Assembly (NCBI GenBank): GCA_951406725.2
Contig: OX597817.1
Location: forward strand, 74,710,001 to 74,774,000
DNA length: 64,000 nucleotides
Source: Octopus vulgaris
Taxonomy: Eukaryota
Reading direction: 5' to 3'
A program made the translations under genes and the position numbers. Positions 12,089 through 24,963 of this stretch are shown piece after piece (the first letter of the stretch is position 1; each line of letters starts with the position of its first letter). The notes below the pieces were generated by a model that searched no databases, was not told where the DNA came from, and saw nothing but the letters and a program-made list of their open reading frames with translations.

Positions 12089-13793
12089 TTAAGGAAAAAA
12101 ACAAGCTTATTGTCTGAAGACAAGAGGACAGTTGTGGAAACATATTCCTGTCTCCATAGGCATCATCAGCAAGACAAATGTCCTAAACTATCTCCAACAG
12201 CCAAGGTTCAAAGGCATAAACAAGAGTAGAACACATTTATGGCCCAGATAATTTGCATATTTAATACATCTGCCTTTGTCTACATTGTTCATATACATGC
12301 CACTAACTATTCTGAGTTATTTCTCTTAGTTCATTTTTGTTTGATCTAAATACCAACTTATTTAAGAGATAGGTGGACCTAGTTATTGAGGGCTAAATGT
12401 ATTGGCCATGTTAAGAATACTCATAATAACGGAATATGAACTTGTCATCCAGGATACCCTATCAACTTGGTCATCTGTACCACTCCAGTGTGTTAAAGGG
12501 GATGTGTGCTACAGGGTATATGAATCACTGAATATTTTGCATCTGTTGGTATCTTTGCTGTATTAATAGGCATGTTGAGTCACGTCTTGCTTTGGGTCCT
12601 CAACTTCTGATGGAGCCATTATAAAATACAGTGTGTCTTAGGCAGTTTAAACTTGGCAGAGCTCGTCCCTCCCCAGGTCTGCCATAAATTGATTTGTTTT
12701 TTCAAGAGAGAAAGAGAGACAGAGAGAGATAATCACCCAAGACTGGATTGGTACTATATTTATCAACCCTAGTAATAGATTGGTATTTTATTTATCAGCT
12801 GCAAAATGATGAAAGGCAAAGGTGACCTTGGCAGTAAGTGGTCATCATAATATCATCACTGGTAATACACAACAGTAAGAAGGTAGAAGATAGGCTGGTA
12901 AGCTGTGTGCTAAAGTGAAAATGACCTCACTAATAATGGTTTCAAATTTTGGCATAAGGCCAGCAATTTCGAATGAAGGAGTAAGTCAATCATATTGACC
13001 CCAGTGCCCAGCTGGTACTTATTTTATTGAACTGAAAAGGATGAAAGGCAAAGCTGACATCAGCAGAGTTTGAACTCAGAACATAAAGATGGACTAGATG
13101 ACGCTAAGCACTTTGACCAGCTATCTAACAAGTTTTCCAGCTTGCTACCTTTAATGATCACCCTAATAATGATATATATTTCTATATTTTATTACTTCAA
13201 ACAGTAGTATTCATGTATGTACTATGAAAAATTAAATTGAAAAACCTTACACATTATAGTATACAAGAGAATTTAAATATTTACTGGGTAAAATAGAAAT
13301 AATATTTTAGTTTATTGTATGATAATTGTCGATGGTTACTGAAAAACCTATCATGGAATTACAGAACTGAATGACAGAGTTCCATGTCATGCATGGGCTT
13401 GTTCTGTCTTAGAGTTCAATATTTCAACTTTTTATAACTTTTAACAAAACTTCAGAAAAACTACTTGGTGCAAATGTCACACCTCTTTTTAAGCATACCA
13501 TTTCATTGGCTACATACCAGACATTCTTGCCTTTTATGGAGATACAGTTAATTTATTGCAGCTGGTTTTACTTTTTATGAGCAAGATGGTTCAAAACTAG
13601 GCAGAAGTCTCACTATATACCACCAGAACTCTTTGTCAGTGATGTATAGGTGCAGGCATAGCTGCATAGTTGAGAAGTTTGCATGGTTTGCATGGTTTTG
13701 AGTTCAGTCTCACTGCATGGCATTTGGGTAAGACCAATCAAAGCCTTCCTGTTGTATATACATATGTACAAATACACAAATATGTATATATAT

Positions 13794-14090
13794 ATCACCG
13801 TGATCACTGTGACCGACCAGGCTATCAGATGTTGCTACAAATCGCTGGCCAGAATGTGCTTCGCATTGTTTTAGCCTTCAAATGATGCCACCCCACTGGT
13901 TAAGCAAGAAGGCCAACAGAAGAAAGAGTGAGAGAAAGTTGTGGTGAAAAAGTACAGCAGGGATTGCCACTACTCCCTGCCGGAGCCTTGTAGGGCTTTA
14001 GGTGTTTTCACTCAATAAACACTCACAATGCCCAGTCTAGGAATCAAAACCACGAGTCCGCTGCCCTAACCACTGGGCCATTGCACCTCC
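13794..14090 (-). mobile_element. SINE family A copy
   Basis: Diverged reverse complement of 1969-2270. Confidence 0.85.
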
Positions 14091-16209
14091 ACACACACGG
14101 CACTCCATCGGTTATAATGTGTGTTCCAGTTGATCTGAGCAGTGCAAGCAGCTGAGCACTCCGAAAACACATATACTCTTAATGTTCTTAGGGAGATTCA
14201 ATGTGACAAGGCTGATCCTTTGAATTACAAGTAATTTTTGCCAGTTGAGCGGACTAGAACAACATGAAATAAAGTGTTTTATTCAAGGACACAACGTGAC
14301 ACCAAGAATTGAACTTACAACCTTACAATTATGAGCCAATACCCTAATACTAAACCACATGAGTTCACACACACACGTGCGTATATATGTATATGTGTGT
14401 GTGGGTGTACATGTGCATAAGTGTGTATATTTTTGTCTCATCTTGACATTACATGATACTTGTAAACTATCATATAAGCAGTATCATTTATTTCCAGTAT
14501 TCTGCAAAAACATGTCTAGCTATGGGGAAAATATTACATTGCTTAGAAAAAGTTGGAGTTGGCAACAGGAAGAGCATCCAGGCATAGAAAATCTTTCTAA
14601 AAAAAACTCCAACCCATGCTAACATGGAAAAATGGACGTTATAATGATGACGGTAATGATGATGATGTATTATGCCAGAGGGTCAGACAAAGAGATAGAG
14701 ACATGCAGCTAATTATATAAATATATTTATTTTGTTTAGCCAGCCCAGGTCAAACCCGACTGAGCAGACCTATTATGAAGAGCATTCCAGCTATGCCAAT
14801 CCTGTTTCATTTTTTTTTTTTTTTGTCAGAATTAATATATCTAGGAATGTTATTCCGTGTGTCCTTTCTATCGTGAGAGTGAAATCTGAAAAATATTAGG
14901 AGACTACTTCTAAGAAGGTGAGAGAGACCAGGTAGAAACTCGTTCCTTGGGTTAAATTTACATGAAAATACACATGCACAGACTCAAGCGTGTGCGCTCA
15001 CCCGCACACACACATTCACACAAACAAGAAAGAAGGGGAGGCCAAGGACTTGTTACCTCTGTAGCCCTTTTATCCATAATCGTAATACCACGAGTAGAAG
15101 GGAGATTCTACGTGCTAGAAATAACCGTTAAATTACCATTAAATCACACATTACTGTCTGAAAAAGTGAAAGACATATTAGATAATGATAGTCTTGGAAC
15201 CAATAGAAAGATGAGATGGTCACGGATGGATTGCCCTTGTTTATATATCACATCAATCAGTTTCAACCTTAGGCTAAACAACATCGCATCTCATTGGTTT
15301 AAGTCAGAGACCCATATTTATGTTATTTCGTTAGTCTTTCGCGGCCTTGAATACCTTGTTTATACTTTATTTATCTTTATACATCAACATGTTTTGGAAA
15401 TGATAAAGATATAAGTGCGTGTTTTTAATACGCATAAATTAAATTTATTGAGAAAGATCATAGATAAAATACAAATAAAATAGTATATAAAAATGAAAAG
15501 TTATATCAAATTTCCTGAAAAGCTCTTTAAAAATAAATGACATGTAAAATAAATACCAACATGATATTAACTCGCAATCGGAACGGTGACTCAGCATTTT
15601 AGAGCACCAGATTTCTGTTTATAACGTAAGTTAAATTCTTTGATTAAGCTTATAGTGGTCTTCCTTCTTACTGGATTATCTTTGACTTCTGGGAAAATTA
15701 AAAGCCAACATTTATAGTTTGCAGTTTGCTAAGTTCAGCTATTGCAAACAATGACAACTCGAAATTTGTTGGCTCTTTGCCCTTCATCAGTGCGGAAGGG
15801 AGAAAAAATGCTTCGGTCGGGATTGGTTGGAGATAATTGAGCTTATCGTACACTTCCACGATTATTTTCAGCCAAAATTAACGACTATCACCTTGTTTCC
15901 TCAGATAACGGATTTCACTTATTTATCCAATGTAATTAAACGAATATTATGATTAATTTAAACATGATATTTTAGCATGTAATTCCATCCATCGACGGAC
16001 AGAGTTCAAATTGAACTATACCCGACTTTGTTCTCCAAAGTTGATAAAAATTAAGTGTTAGATATAAACAACCAGCTGATACTTGAGAATATTAAAATAA
16101 AAAATCAGAACAACAATAATTCAGTGAAAAAGAACACAATTTATAAAAGTAAACAATAAGAACACTGTGAAAAAAAAAATAACTCCCTCAATTTTACATC
16201 ATTCTAGAG

Positions 16210-16275
16210 CTGCGTTTTTCAAACTGGGGGTCTCGGCCCTTCAGTGGGTCGCGACAAAAAAGTTTGAAAAAGCTG
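16210..16275. mobile_element. 66-bp hAT (Charlie-like) MITE with 8-bp TSD
   Basis: TIRs CTGCGTTTTTCAAAC / GTTTGAAAAAGCTG; TTCTAGAG duplicated at 16202-16209 and 16276-16283 (Charlie target NTCTAGAN). Confidence 0.75.
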
Positions 16276-17579
16276 TTCTAGAGGGCATCGGATACTTGTT
16301 ACCCTCTGTTAATTGAAGTCGTTTCAATGGCTTTTGTCTTTTGTTGGAAATCAATATTATAACCAACACCGTTATCTTTCAGATCGTACAGCATTTACAA
16401 GTTCTCATAAATATATATTTAAAAAGACCTGTTGTTGTTTGTTGATTGGATCCTATAAATATGAGAAAAAGCGAAAATCTTACGATACCCAGAAACAAAC
16501 GAATTCAGTGGATATAAGTACGAGAATAAAAATGGGAATAGGGGTTTGATGACGAAATAAATCTTTGGGTTGGTTAGAGTTTCACTACACGAGATGGAAA
16601 AACAGAATGTTCTGCCTCAAAACATTGAAAAACACAATTAATGGGAAATCGTTTCGATCGGGGTTAGCAACCGGGTCAAATTACATTACATGTGTTGTAT
16701 TTTAAACACATATAACTATATCATGTAGTTCACAAGTTGGTCGATGTTTTATTTCAATTTAAAATTCAGTCCGACCAAATTTGACAAATTAAATTAAAAT
16801 CACGATCGCTTGAGCTGTTAGAAATAGCAGTCAAATCTGTTGCAATAACACCCTGGCGTCTTGAAAAAGGAAAAGGGACATTGAATAGTGCAGACCGTCA
16901 TAATCCGAAAAATCCAATTTACTCATAGCTTGAAAACATTTGATCATAGGTCGGCTCGATCAAGGTTGACCTAGGGCGATATGACCATCACCATCATAAC
17001 TTGAGCGTAAGCACCAAAATAAAATAAAAAAGAGAGAGAGACCAAGACAGAGAGAAATAGAGAGAGTGATAGAGAAAGAGAAAAAGAGAGTGAGAGATAG
17101 AGAAAGAGAGAGATGAATAGAGGAGGAAACTATACCATATGTATGGTATGTTTTAATTTTACGGGTCAACTAAATATTTGATTGGCTTCTTTTTTGTGAT
17201 ATATTAATTGCTCGATCAGCGCAAAGTGAAAATGACCCAAACCGTACATGTGTGTGTGTGTGTGCGTGCGTGTATGTGTGCGTGTGTGTGCGCGCTCGTG
17301 AGTGTGTGTGAGTGTTTTGCAGCTGTCCGAACGTGTCAGCAAACATTATTGACAAAAACTCTCAGCAGGAATTTTTGTCCACTAATTTGATAGATAATAA
17401 TCTTAGTTAACCGAAGCTTTTCAACTTTAGAGAACTACTTGTATGTGCATTTTAGTATGAGAACGATGCACTTTTAAGGTAATTTCCCCCTCATTCCCAT
17501 TGTGCCCCACAACATGTTGATAATTTAAGTAACAAAGATGAATTAAAAAGGTGGGGGGAAAAGTGGTAACAAGGGTAAA

Positions 17580-18300
17580 ATGAACAACTTCTGATTTCTC
17601 GTTGTTGTCTCCTTGTTTGAAGTCTTTACATTACAAGCATTGCACCATCATTTTGTACTGTTGCATCACCTTTAGGAGTAAAAATTGGTCAGCATAGTTG
17701 TTGCTGAAGTTGAAATATTATGAGCTTATAGATCTAGTTGAGTTCCGTTAATTTCATATCATGTGCCATTTTCCCTGACCCTCTTTCATTTAACTTAGAT
17801 ATTTAAAATTTTTGCTGCATTTCTGATCTTTCTGATGTCTAAGGATGGGTATTGATGTGTATAAGCTTGTTTTCAAATAATTTTGAAGAATTGAAGAAAT
17901 AAATTCACCTTATCTTATCTTGTCTTACTAATTTTGCCCCAGCTAAATTTGTCTTTTGCATGCTTAAAGAGAACGGTGATATTTTTTGAAATAGTGTTCA
18001 GATTATGTTATAGTGTTTTTAATGCATTTACAGCAGAGAGTTTTGCTAAGCTGATATAGTTTTTGTAAGGTAGTGATCATTTGTAAAAAAAAATTTTTTT
18101 TTCAATGTCAAAAATGGAGAAATTTTACTCAATAAATATGGACTCGTTAAATGTAAAATTATTTTCTTAATATTGTTTATGTATTTGTTTTGCAAGATTC
18201 TTGATATGAAAGCGTACGTGAAACAGATATTGTTATACTTGAGGATGGTCATATTTTGCTGATTGAACACACGCACTATATATTTGGTCTTCACTTCAGC
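17580..18300 (-). mobile_element. Highly decayed non-LTR RT fragment (R4/Dong- or RTE-like)
   Basis: Minus-strand order: TYAFISRIL (cf. YKILxxIL), KQAY-SIP (cf. KAYDSVPH, ~17850-17875), FKQGD (~17610-17622). Confidence 0.4.
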
Positions 18301-18568
18301 TTTGTTACTATTATTCTAGTTTCTTTGTTAAGGTTCTCTCGTCACACGTTCTGCAGCCTCTCCAAAGCAGAATAAGAAGAGATACGTAGGGAAGAGAGTC
18401 ATTGAAGAGTTCACTGAATGTGTGATGAAAGAAACTTTTACAAAAAAACTAAAATGATAGAGATAAAGCTGAAGTGAAGACCAGATATATAGTGCGTGTG
18501 TTGAGTCGGCAAAATATGACCGTCCCAAGTATAACAATGTTTTCATTAAACTCAACATAAAAATAAAC

Positions 18569-18611
<43 letters not shown>

Positions 18612-19000
18612 AAGAGAGAGAGAGAGATATGCAAGTTATATTCACAAGCATGTGTTTATTCTTTTTTAAAATTTTTATTTTAAGTAGGAGACAAGGCAGT
18701 GTCCATGACCTTTTACAGGGCCTTCCGAAACTGGAAGGAGGGATTGAGAAAGATATCCTGAAACCGGAAACCTGGCCCCATTGCTTGCTACAGACTGGAT
18801 TCAGTTAAAAGAACTGAAGGTGCCAGGTGATAGTGTTAAATTGGGCAGCAGGTTAAGTCTATTTCCCACTTTTAGTAAACACATTTCTTACCAAATATGG
18901 AAATTTATTTCAATAAAAACACTGCCTCACTGTGAGAAGTATGTACACGTGATTCGATGACATATTTTTACTCACTGTAGCAAATAAATAAATAAAGCTT

Positions 19001-19043
19001 AATCTAACTGGTTTCAGCGTTTTGCACCACTTCGTCAGAGATC
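19001..19043 (-). ncRNA. Minimal type I hammerhead ribozyme motif
   Basis: Minus strand: GAUCU CUGACGA AGUG gugcaaaa CGCU GAAAC CA GUU AGAUU. Stem I GAUCU/AGAUU, stem II AGUG/CGCU, stem III AC/GU, GUU triplet. Confidence 0.72.
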
Positions 19044-19100
19044 GTTTTCTTATTTCTCTTGATTACAAATACACGAGTAGTTTATATTATCTCTTCTCTC

Positions 19101-19478
19101 TCTATATAAACGGCAGTTTGTCTGTGCGTTTTCTGTGTGTCTGTTTTCTCGTACCCTCACTCTGACCACGGCTTTCAACCGATTCTGATGAAACTTGACA
19201 CACACATAGCCCAATGTCATAATTCAAAACTAACGCAGCGAAAATTTTGAAAAGTTCCCCCAGTTCTGAAAAAAATCGATAAATTCGACATGGGGTCGAG
19301 AATCAGAAACCCAAACCACAGACCGTCTAGGGGACGCAACTCCACCTTTTTTAACTCTCAAAAAAAATTTACCATCATTTTTTTCCCATTTTTTTGCTAT
19401 TTTTTGGCTATAACTCTCTAAAAATGCTTTATAGTTATTTCCCTTACAAATCTGAGCAACGCCGGGCGATACTGCTAG
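19101..19478 (+). mobile_element. Non-autonomous Helitron
   Basis: 5' TCTATATAAA; 3' GC-rich subterminal GAGCAACGCCGGGCGATACTG followed by CTAG|T. Confidence 0.75.
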
Positions 19479-20029
19479 TTTACCATAAATGTAGAGAACG
19501 AGGGAGTAGTTAAGACGTTCGCTTCGTTGTCATAAGCTCCTGCGTTCGACCCCAGTGCTTGGGAATGTGAATTTGTTTTTCTATAACTTCGCGTCAGTTC
19601 AAGTGTTGTGAATGAAATTGGGCCATCGGAAACTGTGCAGTAGCCTGTCGGGTAGGTTGTACTTGTAATTAAAAAATGCAACCTGTTTACATAGTTTTAA
19701 GCTGATTCTGCCTGAGAATTATGTTAAGAGTACACGTATCTGTGGAATACCCAGCCATTTACTAATTCAATGAACCTGGATCACACAACTGAAAAGTCAT
19801 CGTCGAAAATGACGAAGATCCACATATTTACTTTCTTTTTAAAACACAAAATGACTTAAAATGCATCCAGTACTGAGGCCCTGATTTAGGAGTTCCAGGG
19901 TTTCGGGGAATATGAAGTTACCTCTCAGCCACTATTGTGACCATATCTGTTCTGAGCCAGTGTAGTAGCACCTGCCAGAGTCCCAGTTATGATTTAATTA
20001 GTAAGTCAGTTGGGCCGATGGAACCCGTT

Positions 20030-20400
20030 AGCCAGAGGTTGAGGCAACCCATTTAGGAGAAGGAAAATTCAGATTCCGAAACTCCGCTGCTTTGCGGCTA
20101 TACCCAGCTATAGGAGAGGCTTCGGGGTAAACCTCGAGTTAAATTGGGGGCTGGAGCTCCTGAGGTAGTTCGACATTGTCTACGACCTCGTTCTGGCAAC
20201 TCCTGCGACGATACTGGTGCCAAATCGTGCTGTGGAGAGGGGAAACAAACGCTGCATGGGCAACAATCAGTTTGCTATACAATACTGTCCAGTCTTGGAT
20301 CCTATCGAATCCCCACATCATGTGCACCTCATATTTGAAATGTAGACTGTTCAGTCACTGACAACGGTGTTTCAGAAGGGCGGACAACTAAGCTCTTCAT
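20030..20400 (+). mobile_element. Probable RTE LINE 5' UTR fragment
   Basis: GGCAACCCATTTAGGAGAAGGAAAATTC.. resembles the conserved RTE 5' leader GGCAACCAGTCTAGGAGAAGGAAAACTC; GC-rich relative to the flanks. Confidence 0.4.
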
Positions 20401-22049
20401 CCATGGTCATTAATGAGAGACGGAGGCCAGAAAAGAAATATTATTTACGTGGCTGACACTTGTACTGCTTTGCAAATTAGAACAGACTAACTGAGTTCTG
20501 TGCAAATATGAGTCTATTATAGAAAACGAGCTACTATTTTCTGAGACCATGACAATAAGTAACCGATCTCTAACAAAACGATATAAATACTGAAACTAGA
20601 CAATTCAATGTTTTTAGAAAAAAAATTGTCACAGAAGAAAACAAAACCCCTACAAAACTAGAGGTCTAACCACAGTTCTTTCTTTTACACTAAAAGTATG
20701 TTTACTACAGACACATGCTAGCAAGTTTAACTTGGGCTCTAGTTACCCTAACACCAATAAATTTTTAGCGAGGATAAAACTATCTTGAAAATAAAACAAA
20801 ACAAAACAAAAGTATCCCATATATTTCATACACACGCACATATATTGCATCTGTAGACACACATGCATACTTACTTATACATACACACAGACATATGGTG
20901 TATATACCATAAATATTAAGGACAACACAGGAAGAACAGTTTAAATAGGGTATTACGTTAATGCGTTAACACGCTTGTACACACACGTATATATACATAC
21001 ATACATACACACACATTATTGGTTAAATAAAATTAGTCTGGTTTTTATGGTATTTTAACAAAATTAGCGCTTTTATACATAGTGTACTCATCTTCATCAG
21101 ATGAGTATACTATGCATGAAAGCGTTTTGTTAAAATACCATAATAAAAAACGTGAAAACCAGACTTTTAACTTTTTTCAACTAATATATTATTCTATACA
21201 CATTCACACATGAAAGTATGTGTGTGTGTGTGTGAGCGTGGTATACACACACACATAACAAATAAAGCTCAACCAAAACATTTAATTTATAATTTACAAT
21301 ACAAACATAGTGCACAGTAGTTATGAAAGGATCCGAGAATCCATATCTTATACATATATTACACGCACACATATATATATATTGAGAGAGTTCATGTGCG
21401 GACGCAATATATATATTTATATATATATGGACTCTCTTGTAAACGACAGATGAAGATTCAGCAACTTTTTGCTGAACAACCAGCACAGTTGATTTGTTTA
21501 TTGTGATCAAATGTTTGTGCTGTACATATGTCACACATACACACACTTGCGTGATACGATTGACATCGATTCCACTGCATGAAGGTCCAACAGCTCAGTC
21601 AAATACCGAGGACTTGTGTCTTAAGAGAAGACAGCGAATCAGCTTCAGATTTATAAAAAACCAACAATCTTAACAAATCACTCATCGCATCAGCGTGAAA
21701 CTCGAGTCGCAATATAAATATTTAATTGAAATAGACCGTATCGCAGCAACATGTACAGAGTTCTCAACGATTCGTTCGAAACGTTTGCGTGTGTGATTCT
21801 TCATCATCATTATTTGACAGTAAATACAGGGTGCTTGTGACTTCGAAGTTTCATCAGATGGCAAAGCTTCGCAGTCACTATCATCCTATTCTATTGTCTA
21901 ATATTTAGACCCTACTTCTATACTAAGTCCCCTTTTTCCTAGTGAATATCACTCATTGCTTTTAATTTAATTTAAAGAAATGTAACGGTTACATTAACCA
22001 AAGTAACTATAATATATTATTTGTTAGGATCTGACGACTCACTCCGTTG

Positions 22050-23386
22050 TACTGTGTGCTATTTTTTTATTGTCCGGCGGGCTGCACACAAAAGAAACCC
22101 GGAATAGCAGCGAGGTGAATTACCAGTTCAACTCTATATGTATTGAATACTCTTTCTTCCGTTTGTTTACATATACATACTAAACACAAACAAATATACA
22201 TATATAGTTATCGTATGATATATATGTAAAATATTGTGGAATAGTTTTATTAGATATTTTGAACATCTATACAAAATATCTCCTTTAGTAGTCTCAGTAT
22301 TTTGAACGGTTTTAAATAGTATGGTAGACAAAAACTTATCGCCTAATAATATCGATTTTATAGATAAGACTGTACATTTGGGAAGTAGTAACAGCTGACC
22401 ATATATACTCCAACTATACATGACTGGTACACTTAATTGGGCTATTGCAGAATACGAGAAAAATATTATTTTAAAAGTGTGCTGCAGTAAATAATTAAGA
22501 GATAAAAGTGAGAAAATTTATCGCGAATCTCGAAGAAATCTTTATAGAGTGAAAAACGACGACGTATGAAAAACGGATTTTAGAAAATGCTACCCGATAT
22601 CTGAATATTTAAAACTCGATGCGTCGTAATAATACCAACTAGGTGCAAAGAGAGAAATATTAGCGAAAACAAGAAATGGCCTACGAGAAGCGTGTGCACT
22701 GTTACCATGGTAACTGGCGCTAAGCATTTCTCTCCACCAATCAAAATCAAGAGGAAATGAGTGAAGTCTCTGTCACGGAGCAAAACGAATTGTAACGTGA
22801 TGTTGATAGATTTAAGTCAGCTAAGCAATATAAAATAAATAAATAAATACAACGAAATCTCGAATGTAAAAGTATTATTCGAGAGTTAAGCATAAATATT
22901 AATAATAATAAAACAGGAATAAGAATGGATGTACAGAGAGAAAATTAATATGAGATATCAGATAGTTTATGATCAGAGAAATAATTAAAAAGGGACGAAT
23001 AGTGTGTTCAAAGAGAACAACAAAGGGCGAAAGAATGAATGACCAAAAAAAATAAATGGGAATTTAGAGTGAAAGGGTAATAATACTTCTTCCCCTATTT
23101 GCCTACTCACTCTCTTACTATATATATATATATATGCTCGCAATCAGTTGATTCGCTTTGTTGCTACTCAGAGTTTCTTGCACGTGTGTTCATACACGTG
23201 CGCTAATATAATATATATAAATATATATATGTATATACACACATATCTACATAGAGATAGATAGATAAAACTAGATCACTTAAGCCTTTGTCGTCTAAAC
23301 GAACGCATACGAGCGAGAAACTCGAAGCAGCCACGGAGTGAATAATCAGCTTCGAACTCCCGTTCGTTCACTCAACCGTGTGTGTG

Positions 23387-23426
<40 letters not shown>

Positions 23427-23651
23427 TAATAATAATTATTATTATTATATTTTCTATCCCTTCACAACAACCACCCCCACTATGAAATATTTTCTTTCTT
23501 TGTGATCTAAGCCCCTCTCTCTCGATCCTCCGCCTCCCCCCTCTGATTCCACCACTGCACCTGCTACTACTACTACCGTTTGTTGCCGTCAATAACTGCT
23601 GCTATTGCTGCTGCTGCTTCAGACATCCGGGTTTTCTTTAGTTTGGCCCGA
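22050..23651 (+). promoter_or_regulatory. CpG-retaining promoter/5'UTR region of the RanBP9/10 gene
   Basis: Directly upstream of the ATG exon; CpGs are visibly more frequent than in intronic repeats; ETS-like CCGGAA (~22099) and CTTCCG (~22156) motifs. TSS not determinable. Confidence 0.5.
22701..22714. promoter_or_regulatory. Perfect palindromic RFX X-box
   Basis: GTTACCATGGTAAC matches the RFX consensus GTTNCCATGGNAAC, about 0.95 kb upstream of the RanBP9/10 ATG. Confidence 0.55.
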
Positions 23652-23847
23652 ATGATGGCGTCTAGTTTTGTTGTTGGAAATTCTTACAACTCGAAAGATA
23701 AAGAAACCCGGAGCTGTAGCGATCGTTTGAAATCATTGTACCCGGCCGTAAATGAGGAGGAAACGGCACTACCAAGATCTTGGAGTCCCAAGGACAAATA
23801 CACCTACATTGGGCTGTCACAGAACAACTTGAGGGTCCACTACAAAG
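23652..23847 (+). CDS. RANBP9: First coding exon of RanBP9/RanBP10 (RanBPM/Scorpin) homolog; N-terminus and start of SPRY domain
   Basis: Translation [66 protein letters not shown] matches the conserved RanBP9/10 segment [37 protein letters not shown]. Similarity ends at a phase-1 donor AAG|GTAGCG (23847/23848). Start at ATG 23652 or 23655. RANBP9 versus RANBP10 cannot be resolved (probable co-ortholog). Confidence 0.93.
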
Positions 23848-23929
23848 GTAGCGTTGAAAATACAAGTCAGTATTAAAAAAAAGAAGAAGAAAACTATTTG
23901 TTTAATGCTATGCTATGTTAATACTATAC

Positions 23930-24815
23930 AATACTGTGTAATATGTGTATATATATATGTGTGTGTGTACACACAGTATTATATATAATGTGTATGTATG
24001 TGAATATATATGCATATTTACACACACACACACACATATATTTATAAATACATGTGAATATGTATAAATATGCACATATGTGTGTGCATAATATGTGCGT
24101 GTGCTTAAAATGATCGTATGTATCTGTAAAATAGTGTTTGAACTCTAATGATGAATTTATATATAAAAAAAGATAGATATTTGTGTGTATATATAAGGTG
24201 TGTGTGTATATACACGCACATATGAACATAATGTGAAAATATATAGTGTGTATATGAGTCTACGAATACTTCATGTCTATGTATACATATATATATATAT
24301 GTATGTAAATATATGTATATATATAAATAAATCTATGTATATATATATGTATGTATATATATAAATATATGTATGTATATATACGTATATAAATATATGT
24401 ATGTATATATACGTATATAAATATATATATGTGTATGTATATAAATATATGTATGTATATAAATATATGCATGTATATATGCATATATATGTATATATGT
24501 GTGTATATATATGTATGTATATATGTGTATATATATATGTGTGTATATATATATGTGTGTATATATGTATATATACGTATCTATGTATATATGTATATAT
24601 ATGTATGTATATGTATGTATATGTATATATATGTATATATATGTATGTATATCTATGTATGTATATCTATGTATATGTATATATATAAGTATGTATGTAT
24701 ATGTATATATATATATGTATGTATATCTATGTATATGTATATATACATATGTATGTATATATACATATGTATGTATATATACATATGTATGTATATATAC
24801 ATATGTATGTATATG

Positions 24816-24858
<43 letters not shown>

Positions 24859-24895
24859 GTATGTATGTATATATGTATGTATGTATATATGTATG

Positions 24896-24963
<68 letters not shown>

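Noticed and set aside
14962-15414. 150-aa ORF
   Set aside because: No recognisable domain; overlaps a (CA)n tract and decayed repeat sequence.
23580-23876. ORF-track version of RanBP9/10 starting at TTG 23580 and ending at the 23876 stop
   Set aside because: Non-ATG start; homology ends at the GT donor at 23848, so the SVENTSQY tail is intronic read-through.
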